A DNA stretch of 64,000 bases from the IMG/VR virus record IMGVR_UViG_2974732849_000001. One strand, given 5' to 3'. The DNA comes from a virus. Lineage: Duplodnaviria > Heunggongvirae > Uroviricota > Caudoviricetes > Crassvirales. The number at the start of each line of letters is the position of its first letter. The first letter of the stretch is position 1. Positions 1 to 10,318 of this stretch are shown here, piece after piece. The notes under the pieces were generated by a model, which was not told the DNA's origin, did not search any database, and worked only from the letters and a program-made list of their open reading frames with translations. Made by a program: the position numbers and the translations under genes.

Positions 1-9
1 CAGTAACCT

Positions 10-564
10 ATGAGTGATTGTCAGGAAGAGTATAAGAAATGGAAGGAGTTTAGGACATCAGTGTGCCACTTGAATGAACATAGAACACATAAGGTATCAG
101 GTTCCTTGGGTGTATATGATGCCTATAAGTATATAAGGAAAAACAAGTGGTTTGACATAGGCAGGCCATTGACTGAGCATGAGTTTTACAGCATTATAAG
201 AAGAGTCAACAACTATCTGGCTGAAGAGCTGCTTAAAGGACATGATATTAGTCTTCCTCATAGGATGGGAAGACTGGAGCTGAGAAAATATGATGCCAAA
301 ATCTACCTTAAAGATAATAAGGTTGTCACCAACTTGCCAATAGATTGGGATAAGACATTAAGGTTATGGTATGAAGACAAGGAATCTTATGATAATAGGA
401 CTTTAGTTAGAATGGAGGAGAAAGAGGTATTTAAAATCCATTATAATAGAAGTAAGGCAGACTATAATAACCAAACCTTTTATGAGTTCAATCCCAATAG
501 AGAATTAAGGAAAGAATTGAAGAAGAGGATAAAAGATGGCAAGATTGATGCCTTCAAGTGTTAA
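10..564 (+). CDS. hypothetical protein
   Basis: Uninterrupted 184-aa ORF starting at the first ATG after an in-frame TAA at 4-6. No recognisable motif. Confidence 0.4.
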   Translation: MSDCQEEYKKWKEFRTSVCHLNEHRTHKVSGSLGVYDAYKYIRKNKWFDIGRPLTEHEFYSIIRRVNNYLAEELLKGHDISLPHRMGRLELRKYDAKIYLKDNKVVTNLPIDWDKTLRLWYEDKESYDNRTLVRMEEKEVFKIHYNRSKADYNNQTFYEFNPNRELRKELKKRIKDGKIDAFKC

Positions 565-600
565 ACTAAAGGATTGTAGAAATTTAATTGAGATGGATAA

Positions 601-1308
601 ATGATTAATAATATTCAATATACTAACATCAGACAGATACTGGATAGACTGAAAAGACATCCTCTATTGCAGAACCTTACACTTGAACAAGTGGTATCCC
701 ACCTAGTTACATTTATTGGGATATTTGGAATGCCAGAGTTATATTTAAATAAGGAGAGTGTACTGCATATAGAAGAGTTTAGGGCCATATTGCCCTGTGA
801 CCTTGTATCCATAAATCAGGTGAAGGAGTGTAAGACTGGGATATGTTTAAGGAGCATGACAGATAATTTCATGCCTAGAGAACATCGTGATAAGTATGAA
901 GGACATAAAAGACCACAAGAGTTTACCTTTAAGACACAAGGCAGAGTAATATATACTTCCTTCAAGTCAGGAGATATAATAGTCTCATATAAGTCTGTTC
1001 CAATAGATGAGGATGGGTTTCCATTGCTCATAGACAATCCTGTGTTTATGAGAACACTTGAGCTATATATTAAGATGGAAGAGTTCACTACTTTGTTTGA
1101 TATGGGAAAGATTTCTCCTGCTGTATTACAGAACACCCAACAACAATATGCTTGGTCAGCAGGACAATTACAGAGTGAATTTACTATACCATCACAATCT
1201 GAAATGGAATCAATAAGCAGAATGTGGAATACTCTTATTCAAAGGACAAGTGAGTTTGATAATGGATTCTCTTCTCTTGGCAATAAAGAGTATATAAAAT
1301 TGCAATAG
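601..1308 (+). CDS. hypothetical protein (virion-block gene); ends with TAG
   Basis: 235-aa ORF. Its TAG stop lies 1 nt before the ATG of the next gene. Confidence 0.4.
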   Translation: MINNIQYTNIRQILDRLKRHPLLQNLTLEQVVSHLVTFIGIFGMPELYLNKESVLHIEEFRAILPCDLVSINQVKECKTGICLRSMTDNFMPREHRDKYEGHKRPQEFTFKTQGRVIYTSFKSGDIIVSYKSVPIDEDGFPLLIDNPVFMRTLELYIKMEEFTTLFDMGKISPAVLQNTQQQYAWSAGQLQSEFTIPSQSEMESISRMWNTLIQRTSEFDNGFSSLGNKEYIKLQ

Positions 1309-1309
1309 T

Positions 1310-4300
1310 ATGATAAAGAAATCTACATGGCAGATAAAAGGTATGCAGAGGGACTTGTCTGTAAGCAAATTCTCTTCTGAGTATGCTTATGAGAACAAGA
1401 ATATAAGGATAATGTCTACCGATGATAATACCCTACTCAGCATAGTAAATGAGAAGGGTACTAAAGAGGTATCAAACATAGAAGGTATAGACTCTATAAA
1501 GGGATTGCCTATAGGACAAGCTACAATTAATGGTTATCTAGTACTGTTCACTACAGACCAAGACAATGGAAAAGATTACATATATAAGATATGGTTTGAC
1601 AAGGACAGCTTGCATGGAGTAATATTATATGATAGTAACAAAGGTAATCTTAACTTTAATCCTCTATATCCTATAGAGACATTGTCATTCTATGAAGATG
1701 ATAACATACAGAAAGTATATTGGACTGATGGATTAAACCAGCCCAGAGTTATCAATATTACTTCTATAGAAGATTACACACCCAATTCTTTTGACTTTGT
1801 TATGAGTTTGAATCCCGGTTCAACTGTTAACATAACCAATATAGAAAAAGGGTATAGTGGGATATTCCCGTCAGGGGTAATACAATATTGTGTTACAGTC
1901 TATACCAAGAATGCTCAGGAGTCCAATATACTGGCTATATCTCCTCTATATTACATAACAAAGTATGATAATGGAGGTAGTCCTGAGGATTCTTTATCTG
2001 TGAGTTTTAATGTGACAGTGTCTGTTAAAGATGTTGCATGTGAATATGTCAGATTATATTCAATACTGAGAACTACACAAGATTCAACTCCCATTGTCAA
2101 AAGAGTTCAAGATATAAAGTTATCTTCCTCTACTCAAACAATCAGTTTTACAGATACTGGTAATATTGGAGAGAGTATTGACCCTACTGAATTATTATAC
2201 TTGGGAGGAGAAGACATATCTTGTGGTACAATGTGCCAAAAGGACAATACATTATTCTTAGGAAATATCAATGTTAATAGAATTGAGCCTGATAGCTCTA
2301 TTAGAGAGTACTTCAGAGGATTAAATGTAAACCTCAATACAGTTACCACAATTAATTTGGGAACACCTTCTGGATATTATCAACATGAGTTTCAGTTGAA
2401 TAACAACTCTAGCACTATTAAGATATTTAAATATTTGGAGTGGTACAGATTTGGCATACAGTTTAAGCATAAGTCAGGCAAGTGGTCTTCTCCAGTATTC
2501 ATAAAAGACGCTCAGATTACCAAAACACCCGGTACTAATGACTTATATGGTAGTTTTGGTGTTTCAAATCTGGTATTCTATAAGTGCATACCTGAGGTAT
2601 CATTCAATGATGATACCATAATTGGTAAACTAAAGGATTTAGGATATATTGGATTCAGACCTATAATAGTATATCCCTCTATAGGGGATAGAGAAGTAAT
2701 ATGCCAAGGAGTTTTATGTCCCACTGTTTATAATGTTGGTGACAGATTCAGTAATTCCCCATTTGTACAGTCTTCTTGGTTCTCAAGACCCAACATTCCC
2801 TTTGATGTGATGAGGTCAGAGTCTGGGGATGCAGGCTTGCCAGATGTGTCACCTATATTTGACGTTCCTGAAAAGGCATTATATAGTGACCAAACCTTGT
2901 CAAGATATGGTATAATAAATAATGATAAGCAGTTTTATTCTCCTAATGAGTCGGTTAATATAAATATTTCCTTGATTGATACAGGTACTTGGGCTGAGTG
3001 TAGGCATAGTAGTCCTATACCAGGAAACACTCATAGGAATGCGGAGATACAGAATATATCCTACCCTCCTGCCACTCCACGCCTTGCAGGAGGAAACCAT
3101 TTGCTGACAGATTTTAGTGAATATGTGGAGAAGCATAAACATGAGTTTTTTGTAGACCAATCAATAGTTACTCTTCATTCCCCAGATATTGAATTTAACA
3201 GTGAAGTTGAGAATTATGATATTTCCAAGTGTAAGCTGAGGATAATAGGTGCAACTTTGGTAACCGCCAGTGTAGGGGATATTGACATTGTAACTTCTAC
3301 CACAGGAACTACCATGGTTGGCGCAGATAATGAGAAGTTCCCACCAACAGGGTTTTATAAGGAGTCTTGTGGTAGTGTCAACATATCCCCTTGGGCATTC
3401 AGAAGCCAATTGGCTAATATCAACTGGATAGATAATATTCAAAGAGACTTTGGTGGTGTTATGCCCTCACAATATAGAAGGATGCAGGTAGGCTTTGCCA
3501 CATATCCTTGGCATAGGAGTGGAGGTCTTGATGGTACAGGCTGGGCAGATGAGAATGGATATAGACCTGCCAAGTTACAGTATAAGAGGCTATCCAATTT
3601 GAAATTCTCTGCCACTAACCTGTACCTTAGCAGTACTAGTACATGGGATTCAGGGGAACTTGCAGATGCACAGATTTTTAATTCAAACGAGGTTACTCCA
3701 CTCAAATTGAAAGCTCAGGAGCATTCTGGAAAAGGCACTTTAGTGTACTATGGAAATGTAGATAAGATTACTTCAAATACTGAATATTCAGGTAGTGATT
3801 ATTACCAGATTGTAACATCTTCCACCTATAATCAGAATGATACCTCATATACTAACCACGACATATATGTTGGTGACTTTACACCTACCATACCTTTCAC
3901 TAATAACTCAATAAATAAGGCATATGACCCTGTACACATAAAGTACAAGTCTACCCCTCATGCTGTTATTGTACTTGAAGACAAGTACAACTTGGGTAAG
4001 TACTCATATAAGGTTTTGCCTACTATCATAGATGGTAATGATTATGGAGAGCCTACATCTAGTAGTTGGCCTGTAAACCGTGTTGCAATAACTCATGATG
4101 GTGCCCCTAACTTCTGGGATACTTTGGAAGTATACAACTCTGTGTCTCAGGATGTTATAGGAGACTTTGTAGGTACTGGTCCTAATAAGACAGTTAAAAG
4201 TATCCAATATGGCTGGTGGTGGTTAGCAGAATTATACAGAAGTGATGTCACTAATAGGTTTGGAGGAGAGTCTGATGATGCTATACAGAGTAATCAATGG

Positions 4301-5671
4301 TTACCATGTGGAGAAACTACCTATTTCTATGATGATGACTCCAGCCATACTTATCTTGTAAAGTACTTGGAAGGAGACACATACTTCCAAAGATATGACC
4401 ATTTAAAGACTTATCCATTTACTTTGGAAGATGAAAACTCGGTGACTGAGATAATGTCATTTATGTGTGAGACAAGGGTAAATCTAGATGGCAGGTATGA
4501 CAATAATAGAGGCAATACTTCTAATCTATATATAACCCCTGAGAACTTTAACAAGCTAAATCAAGTATACAATCAAAAGGATAACTTCTTTACCTATAAG
4601 GTAAGTACTGATGATACTTCGGTATTGAACAAATTTCCTAATGTGGTTACTTGGACTAAGACTAAAACTGCTGGAGAACTTATTGATACTTGGACCAATA
4701 TCACTCTTGCATCCACTCTTGATTTTGATGGTGATAAGGGTAGTATAACAGCTCTGAGAATGCATAATAATAATATCCTTGCTTTTCAAGATAAAGGCAT
4801 TAGTCAGATATTGTATAATGAGAATGTGCAGATTTCTCCCACTAATGGAGTGCCTATTGAAATTGCCAACAGTGGAAAAGTTACTGGTAAGAGGTACTTA
4901 TCTGATAGTATAGGATGTTCTAATAAGTGGTCTATATGCAGGACACCTAATGGTACCTATTTTATAGATGATATTACCAAAGGTATCTTCCTACTCAACA
5001 ACCAGTTGGATAACATCTCTGATAGGCTTGGATTCCATTCATGGATTAACAGTAGGTCAACTGGAATAAATGTATGGAATCCTAAAGACTTTAGTGGATT
5101 TGTAACATACTATGATAAGGTAAATGGAGATGTATTCTTCATAAGCAAGGATGAGTGCTTGGCATTTTCAGAACCATTAGGCCAGTTCTCTTCATTCTAC
5201 AGCTATGAGAATGTGCCATATTTCTCCAATATACTAGACAGGGGACTGTGGGTAAAGGATGGGAAGCTATGGCTGCACAATGAAGGTGATTATAATACCT
5301 TCTTTAACAGTTACCAGCCTTTCTATACTACTGTCATATCCAATCCTGATATGACCCAGGATAAGATATTCAATACTCTTGAGTTCAGGGCAGACAGTTG
5401 GAACAGTGAAGGTAAGCTATTGGATACAACCTATGATACTCTCAGTGTTTGGAATGAATACCAAAGTGGTGAATCCAAGCTTACCCATGTACTTGGAAGA
5501 CCTTCAAGTCTCAAGAAGAAGTTCAGGATATGGAGGGCTAATATACCAAGGGATAAATCAAACAATAAAGACAGGATGAGAAATCCTTGGTTATATCTTA
5601 AGCTATCTATGGAATCTGAAAATACAAATAAGACCATATTGCATGATATGGTGGTGCACTACTTTGAATAA
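1310..5671 (+). CDS. large virion structural protein (tail/fibre-like), function unknown
   Basis: 1453-aa uninterrupted ORF, rich in Asn/Thr/Ser/Tyr as is typical of tail or fibre proteins. A hairpin terminator follows it. Confidence 0.5.
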   Translation: MIKKSTWQIKGMQRDLSVSKFSSEYAYENKNIRIMSTDDNTLLSIVNEKGTKEVSNIEGIDSIKGLPIGQATINGYLVLFTTDQDNGKDYIYKIWFDKDSLHGVILYDSNKGNLNFNPLYPIETLSFYEDDNIQKVYWTDGLNQPRVINITSIEDYTPNSFDFVMSLNPGSTVNITNIEKGYSGIFPSGVIQYCVTVYTKNAQESNILAISPLYYITKYDNGGSPEDSLSVSFNVTVSVKDVACEYVRLYSILRTTQDSTPIVKRVQDIKLSSSTQTISFTDTGNIGESIDPTELLYLGGEDISCGTMCQKDNTLFLGNINVNRIEPDSSIREYFRGLNVNLNTVTTINLGTPSGYYQHEFQLNNNSSTIKIFKYLEWYRFGIQFKHKSGKWSSPVFIKDAQITKTPGTNDLYGSFGVSNLVFYKCIPEVSFNDDTIIGKLKDLGYIGFRPIIVYPSIGDREVICQGVLCPTVYNVGDRFSNSPFVQSSWFSRPNIPFDVMRSESGDAGLPDVSPIFDVPEKALYSDQTLSRYGIINNDKQFYSPNESVNINISLIDTGTWAECRHSSPIPGNTHRNAEIQNISYPPATPRLAGGNHLLTDFSEYVEKHKHEFFVDQSIVTLHSPDIEFNSEVENYDISKCKLRIIGATLVTASVGDIDIVTSTTGTTMVGADNEKFPPTGFYKESCGSVNISPWAFRSQLANINWIDNIQRDFGGVMPSQYRRMQVGFATYPWHRSGGLDGTGWADENGYRPAKLQYKRLSNLKFSATNLYLSSTSTWDSGELADAQIFNSNEVTPLKLKAQEHSGKGTLVYYGNVDKITSNTEYSGSDYYQIVTSSTYNQNDTSYTNHDIYVGDFTPTIPFTNNSINKAYDPVHIKYKSTPHAVIVLEDKYNLGKYSYKVLPTIIDGNDYGEPTSSSWPVNRVAITHDGAPNFWDTLEVYNSVSQDVIGDFVGTGPNKTVKSIQYGWWWLAELYRSDVTNRFGGESDDAIQSNQWLPCGETTYFYDDDSSHTYLVKYLEGDTYFQRYDHLKTYPFTLEDENSVTEIMSFMCETRVNLDGRYDNNRGNTSNLYITPENFNKLNQVYNQKDNFFTYKVSTDDTSVLNKFPNVVTWTKTKTAGELIDTWTNITLASTLDFDGDKGSITALRMHNNNILAFQDKGISQILYNENVQISPTNGVPIEIANSGKVTGKRYLSDSIGCSNKWSICRTPNGTYFIDDITKGIFLLNNQLDNISDRLGFHSWINSRSTGINVWNPKDFSGFVTYYDKVNGDVFFISKDECLAFSEPLGQFSSFYSYENVPYFSNILDRGLWVKDGKLWLHNEGDYNTFFNSYQPFYTTVISNPDMTQDKIFNTLEFRADSWNSEGKLLDTTYDTLSVWNEYQSGESKLTHVLGRPSSLKKKFRIWRANIPRDKSNNKDRMRNPWLYLKLSMESENTNKTILHDMVVHYFE

Positions 5672-5688
5672 CTTGATAGAGATAGCCT

Positions 5689-5730
5689 GAAGGGAAGGTA
5701 AGTAATAAACTTATCTTCCCTTTACTTTTT
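5689..5730 (+). terminator. rho-independent terminator after the 1453-aa gene
   Basis: Stem GAAGGGAAGGTAAG, loop taataaa, stem CTTATCTTCCCTTT (about 12 bp with one G-U pair), followed by ACTTTTT. Confidence 0.6.
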
Positions 5731-5769
5731 AAATAATATTCTTGTATAATTCTGATACTTTACTTATCT

Positions 5770-8562
5770 TTGCAAATAAATTATTATAACATGGTTAATA
5801 GAAAAGTTATAAGGAAACACAATAGTCCTGTTACTACTGGTATCATTAATAGATATGATGATGGTGGTAGTATATGGGACATTAGCAAGCTTTTTACCAA
5901 AGAAAACTTAGGTAAACTAGGTCTTGGATTATTAGGCCCCGCTGGTAATGCAGCAAATGGTTTAATAAGTAATGGACTAAGTTCAGGAGCAGGCAATGCA
6001 GTCAATAAAGTAGGAAGTACTGTGGGTTCTGCCATTAGCACAGTCAACCCTTTATTAGGAGGCATTGTGTCTGCTGGTACTGGGTTGATAGGTGGTATAA
6101 CCAATGCATTATTCGGTTCAAAGATTAATGAGGAAAATGTCAATAATGTCAGAAACTCCAATAATGCCCTGAGTACAGTTAAAGTTGATAGCAGTAGCAA
6201 TGACTCTATACTTAATCAATGGTCTAATCAGGACTTTGGAGCAGACTTCTCCCAATCAGATATTGGGAAAGATGGATTGTTCAGTGACAAGGCAGAAGAT
6301 TTATATAATGAGTTGAAGAAGGAACAGGAGATAGCCAGAGGCAGAGCACTGCTAAGTTATGATAATGCAATAGAAAGTGCCGATAAGATGAATGATTTAA
6401 GAGCTATGTCCAATTACATGGCAAAGGGAGGTAAGATTCATATCAAGCCTGAGAACAGAGGCAAGTTTACTGCCCTTAAAAAGAGGACTGGAAAGTCAGC
6501 ATCTTGGTTCAAGGAGCATGGTACTCCTGCACAAAAGAAGATGGCTACCTTTGCCTTGAATGCTAGAAAGTGGAAACATGATGATGGAGGATGGATAGAT
6601 GAAGAGTTTACTTTGCCTTACAGTGCCTATATAGCAGACAGAGTAAATAACATGGGACTTAATAACTCTCAAAAGGCTGCTGTATACAGTTCAATATATG
6701 GGGAATCGAGGTTCAATCCCTATGCCTATAATCCCAGAGGTGGTGGAAAGGGAGCACATGGAATCATGCAATGGAGAGGTGCCAGAATACCTGAAAGCTC
6801 TTATCTGCCTAGCCAAATGGACTACTTGGAAAATACACTTAATAGTGTAGATAGGATGAATTGGTTGAGTAAGAGAAGTCTGAACAATTTCAAGAAATCC
6901 AATACTCCTGAGGCTTCCTCCTCTGCATTTGAAAGAGGATATGTCAGGGGAGAGGAGTTCTCTAGAACCTCTAAAAGAAAGAAGGCAAGGTCTGTATATG
7001 ACAAGATGCACACTCCCAGTCTGTCTGACTTATCAGATTATAATATGAGAACTATTACCAAACCTAATATACAAATACCTTTTAATCCATTTGGAGATGG
7101 TGGCCTCATGGGTACTCATGGAGCAGATTTTACCAATGGTGTCACTGTTATAAATAATGGAGGATACCATGAAGAGAATCCACATGAAGGAGTACAGATT
7201 GGGGTTGATTATAATGGAATACCTAATCTTGTGGAAGAAGGAGAGGTGATTTATAATGATTATGTATTTAGTAACAGGATTAAAGTACCTGATTCAGTGA
7301 AGCAGAAGTATAAATTGAAAGGTGGCAAAGGTCTGACATTTGCAGATGCTGCCAAAAGGATTCAAAAGGAGTCTGAGGAAAGGCCCAATGACCCAATAAG
7401 CAAGAGAGGGCTGGAAGATGGTCTCATAAAGTTAATGCAGGAGCAAGAGGCTCTTAGGGAACAAGGGCAATATGGACTTGAAGGAGTACAATATGCAGAG
7501 GGAGGTCTTATACCTGATGATTACACATATACTCCGGTGTTTGGTTCTTGGAAATCAGGAGAGATGCCAGAGGTTACAGCTACAGCAAAGAGACCCAGCA
7601 TGATTAAATATGTGGATTATGACATACCTTCTACCATAGAGCCTATAGGTATTGATGGGCTTTATGCAGGATTTAGTGGCCTGTCTCCTATGGAAATATC
7701 AGGTATTGGTGAAGTAGGATATGATATACCTTCTAATGTGGAAGGTACAACTCCTGCTAAAGTTAGGGTACCCAAAAGAAAGGGTAATACAGATAGAAGA
7801 GGATTTGATGCTACTTGGCTAAGATATGCACCTGTAGTAGGTTCTGCAATAGGATTGGGTCAAAGTATATTCAGCAGACCTGATTATACAGGACCTGATG
7901 CAATCATAGAGGCTGCAAACAAAGTAGGTAATTATGTCCCTGTAAGCTATAAGCCAATAGGGAATTATCTGCAATATAAACCACTTGACAGGAACTTTTA
8001 TATAAATAAGCTTGGTGCACAGGCTGGTGCAACAAGAAGAGCTATTATGAACTCTTCAAGTCCTTCAAGGAATGCCGCACTACTTGCAGCAGACTATAAT
8101 GCACAAGGCAAGTTGGGAGACTTGGCAAGACAGGCTGAGGAGTATAACTTGGCACAGAGACAGATGGTAGAGCAGTTTAATAGAGGAACCAATCAAGCAA
8201 ACTCTGAGATGGGGCTTAAAGCTGCAATGGCTAATCAGGAGGCTGCACTAAAGGCAGGAAGTACAAGGCTAAGTGGTATTACACAAGCTATGGCAATGAG
8301 AGATGCAATAGATGCAAGAAGAGGTGCAAGTATGAGTGCTAACCTGACTAATCTGTTTGACTCATTGGGTAATATAGGAATAGATGCTTATAACAGGTCT
8401 GACAGGGATATGCTAATCAACTCAGGGGTATTTGGTACTCTAAGCCAGAAACCTAAGGAATGGAGTAAAGAAGAGTGGGAGGATTACAAGATGTCTGTAG
8501 CAGGAGGCAAGTATTCTAAAGGAGGAAAATTAAAGAAGAGAAGAGGAGGTCTCACTTACTAA
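5770..8562 (+). CDS. virion protein with Gly-rich N-terminal region and lytic transglycosylase (SLT) domain; TTG start, or ATG at 5791
   Basis: Motif YGESRFNPYAYNPRGGGKGAHGIMQW matches the SLT signature (ES..NP......GA.GLMQ) at about nt 6690-6780. A Gly/Ala/Ser-rich low-complexity stretch spans about 5920-6120. Confidence 0.6.
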   Translation: MQINYYNMVNRKVIRKHNSPVTTGIINRYDDGGSIWDISKLFTKENLGKLGLGLLGPAGNAANGLISNGLSSGAGNAVNKVGSTVGSAISTVNPLLGGIVSAGTGLIGGITNALFGSKINEENVNNVRNSNNALSTVKVDSSSNDSILNQWSNQDFGADFSQSDIGKDGLFSDKAEDLYNELKKEQEIARGRALLSYDNAIESADKMNDLRAMSNYMAKGGKIHIKPENRGKFTALKKRTGKSASWFKEHGTPAQKKMATFALNARKWKHDDGGWIDEEFTLPYSAYIADRVNNMGLNNSQKAAVYSSIYGESRFNPYAYNPRGGGKGAHGIMQWRGARIPESSYLPSQMDYLENTLNSVDRMNWLSKRSLNNFKKSNTPEASSSAFERGYVRGEEFSRTSKRKKARSVYDKMHTPSLSDLSDYNMRTITKPNIQIPFNPFGDGGLMGTHGADFTNGVTVINNGGYHEENPHEGVQIGVDYNGIPNLVEEGEVIYNDYVFSNRIKVPDSVKQKYKLKGGKGLTFADAAKRIQKESEERPNDPISKRGLEDGLIKLMQEQEALREQGQYGLEGVQYAEGGLIPDDYTYTPVFGSWKSGEMPEVTATAKRPSMIKYVDYDIPSTIEPIGIDGLYAGFSGLSPMEISGIGEVGYDIPSNVEGTTPAKVRVPKRKGNTDRRGFDATWLRYAPVVGSAIGLGQSIFSRPDYTGPDAIIEAANKVGNYVPVSYKPIGNYLQYKPLDRNFYINKLGAQAGATRRAIMNSSSPSRNAALLAADYNAQGKLGDLARQAEEYNLAQRQMVEQFNRGTNQANSEMGLKAAMANQEAALKAGSTRLSGITQAMAMRDAIDARRGASMSANLTNLFDSLGNIGIDAYNRSDRDMLINSGVFGTLSQKPKEWSKEEWEDYKMSVAGGKYSKGGKLKKRRGGLTY

Positions 8563-8563
8563 T

Positions 8564-10312
8564 ATGGCAAATTATAGTTTGGTTGTAAATAGCAAGTTCC
8601 AGCCTTTCTCTTTTGACAGGTACTTGCAACCATATCAAATATATGGTCAGAATTATAAGGAAATTGAGGAACAATATACTGACTTGTCTACAAAGGCTGG
8701 TATATGGGATGGCTTAGCCAATGAGCAGACTGACCCATATACCTATAAGATGTACAAGACCTATGCAAATGATTTGGAGAATCAAGCCAGTCAGCTTGCA
8801 AGTGAAGGACTTAATGCTGTAAGTAGGAAGAATATGCTTAACATGAGAGCAAGGTACAGTAAGGAAATTATTCCTATTGAGCAAGCATATAAGGCAAGGA
8901 CAGAAGAGGCAGCAGAACAATATAAGGGAAGAGCTGCTGGTATGGTATATGAAGGAGATGCTTCTACAGCATCATTAGACAGATACCTGAATAATCCCTC
9001 TATAAGATTCAATCAGGCTAATAGCCAAGAGGGATTCAAGAGGGTAGCTACTACTGCTTCTGCATTATCCAAAGGATTAAGAGACTACAGAAATGGCAAG
9101 AGGCTTGACCCTTATGTCAAGACTTGGCTACAAGAACACGGATATAAGGATACTGATGTAGCAAAGGCCATCAATGACATTCAAAGACTGATTAACGGAG
9201 ACACTGATGTGGATACTAATGGAGTCCTTAATTCTATCCTTCAAGATGAGCTTAATGTTTCCGGAGTAGGCAAGTGGTCAGACAAAGCTGCTGTTATGGA
9301 CTATTTCAGTAGAGTAGCTCCAGCATTATATCAGGCAGTTGGTCAGACCCAAGTATCTCCTTATGAGGATTATGGAGCCAAGTTATCAGCACAGGAAGCT
9401 ATGCAGAAGAGATTAAAAGCTTTAGACAATCCCACTCCGACATTGAATTATAAGCCTAGGACATTCTCACACTTGGAAGCTAATGGTGCCTTATATGTCA
9501 TGAAGCAGACAAGAGACAAATTGAATGTGCAAGGTAAGGGATTAAAGGCATCTTACTTTGGTAAGAGAGGAAATTATAATCCTTTGGAAATATATGAGGA
9601 ATATAAGAAGATGACAGGAGCTACAAGACCGGGTAGAGGAACTGAGTTGTATCAGGCTCAATATGGTGTGGTTAAGCCTTGGTCTGAAGTGGAAAATGAT
9701 GCTATGTCTGCCCTCAAGAAGAAGTATGGAAATGATATAAAGGTTATATCAGATGAGGATTACAATGCTTTGAAGACCATGGGTTATACTAACAAGTCTT
9801 CTCTTGAGGATTTCAAGAATATGGATAACATAATAGATGCCTCTGCCAAGTCCTATACTGAATATTTCATGAATGGAGACCCTGAGTATCTGTCAAAAGT
9901 ATTAACCCATAACATCAGTAACCAAGAAAACTGGGAGAAGCCATTTGCAGAAAATGCGACTATCTTGGATAAGAACTTTAACAAGACTTCCAAGAAGTTC
10001 AATCCTGAAGATTATGGAACTGAGGACAATCCTATAGTGGATTTCAGTCATAGTACCAAGCACAGGAACAAGGTGATAGTATCTTATAAGGATGGGTCAA
10101 AGGTTGCATTTAATCCTGACCTTATCTCAGGGGAAATGGGTAACCTGTTCAGGCTATATGACAGAAGGATTAAAGAGTTGATGTCTGAAGGATTTACTGA
10201 GAAAGAGGCAGAGGATTATGGAGAAATGTTTATTATGGAAGGTATAAGTTCTATGGGATTGAGTGGATATAACCAGTCTTTGACAAAGACCAGTTCTAAA
10301 GTTGGGGGATAA
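8564..10312 (+). CDS. hypothetical virion protein
   Basis: 582-aa ORF packed tightly between two structural genes. Confidence 0.45.
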   Translation: MANYSLVVNSKFQPFSFDRYLQPYQIYGQNYKEIEEQYTDLSTKAGIWDGLANEQTDPYTYKMYKTYANDLENQASQLASEGLNAVSRKNMLNMRARYSKEIIPIEQAYKARTEEAAEQYKGRAAGMVYEGDASTASLDRYLNNPSIRFNQANSQEGFKRVATTASALSKGLRDYRNGKRLDPYVKTWLQEHGYKDTDVAKAINDIQRLINGDTDVDTNGVLNSILQDELNVSGVGKWSDKAAVMDYFSRVAPALYQAVGQTQVSPYEDYGAKLSAQEAMQKRLKALDNPTPTLNYKPRTFSHLEANGALYVMKQTRDKLNVQGKGLKASYFGKRGNYNPLEIYEEYKKMTGATRPGRGTELYQAQYGVVKPWSEVENDAMSALKKKYGNDIKVISDEDYNALKTMGYTNKSSLEDFKNMDNIIDASAKSYTEYFMNGDPEYLSKVLTHNISNQENWEKPFAENATILDKNFNKTSKKFNPEDYGTEDNPIVDFSHSTKHRNKVIVSYKDGSKVAFNPDLISGEMGNLFRLYDRRIKELMSEGFTEKEAEDYGEMFIMEGISSMGLSGYNQSLTKTSSKVGG

Positions 10313-10318
10313 GTAAAT

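Noticed and set aside
5784-6200. Antisense ORFs inside the large genes (for example 5784-6200, 19936-20358, 29199-30081)
   Set aside because: These are shadow ORFs on the opposite strand of long, clearly coding genes with strong domain motifs.
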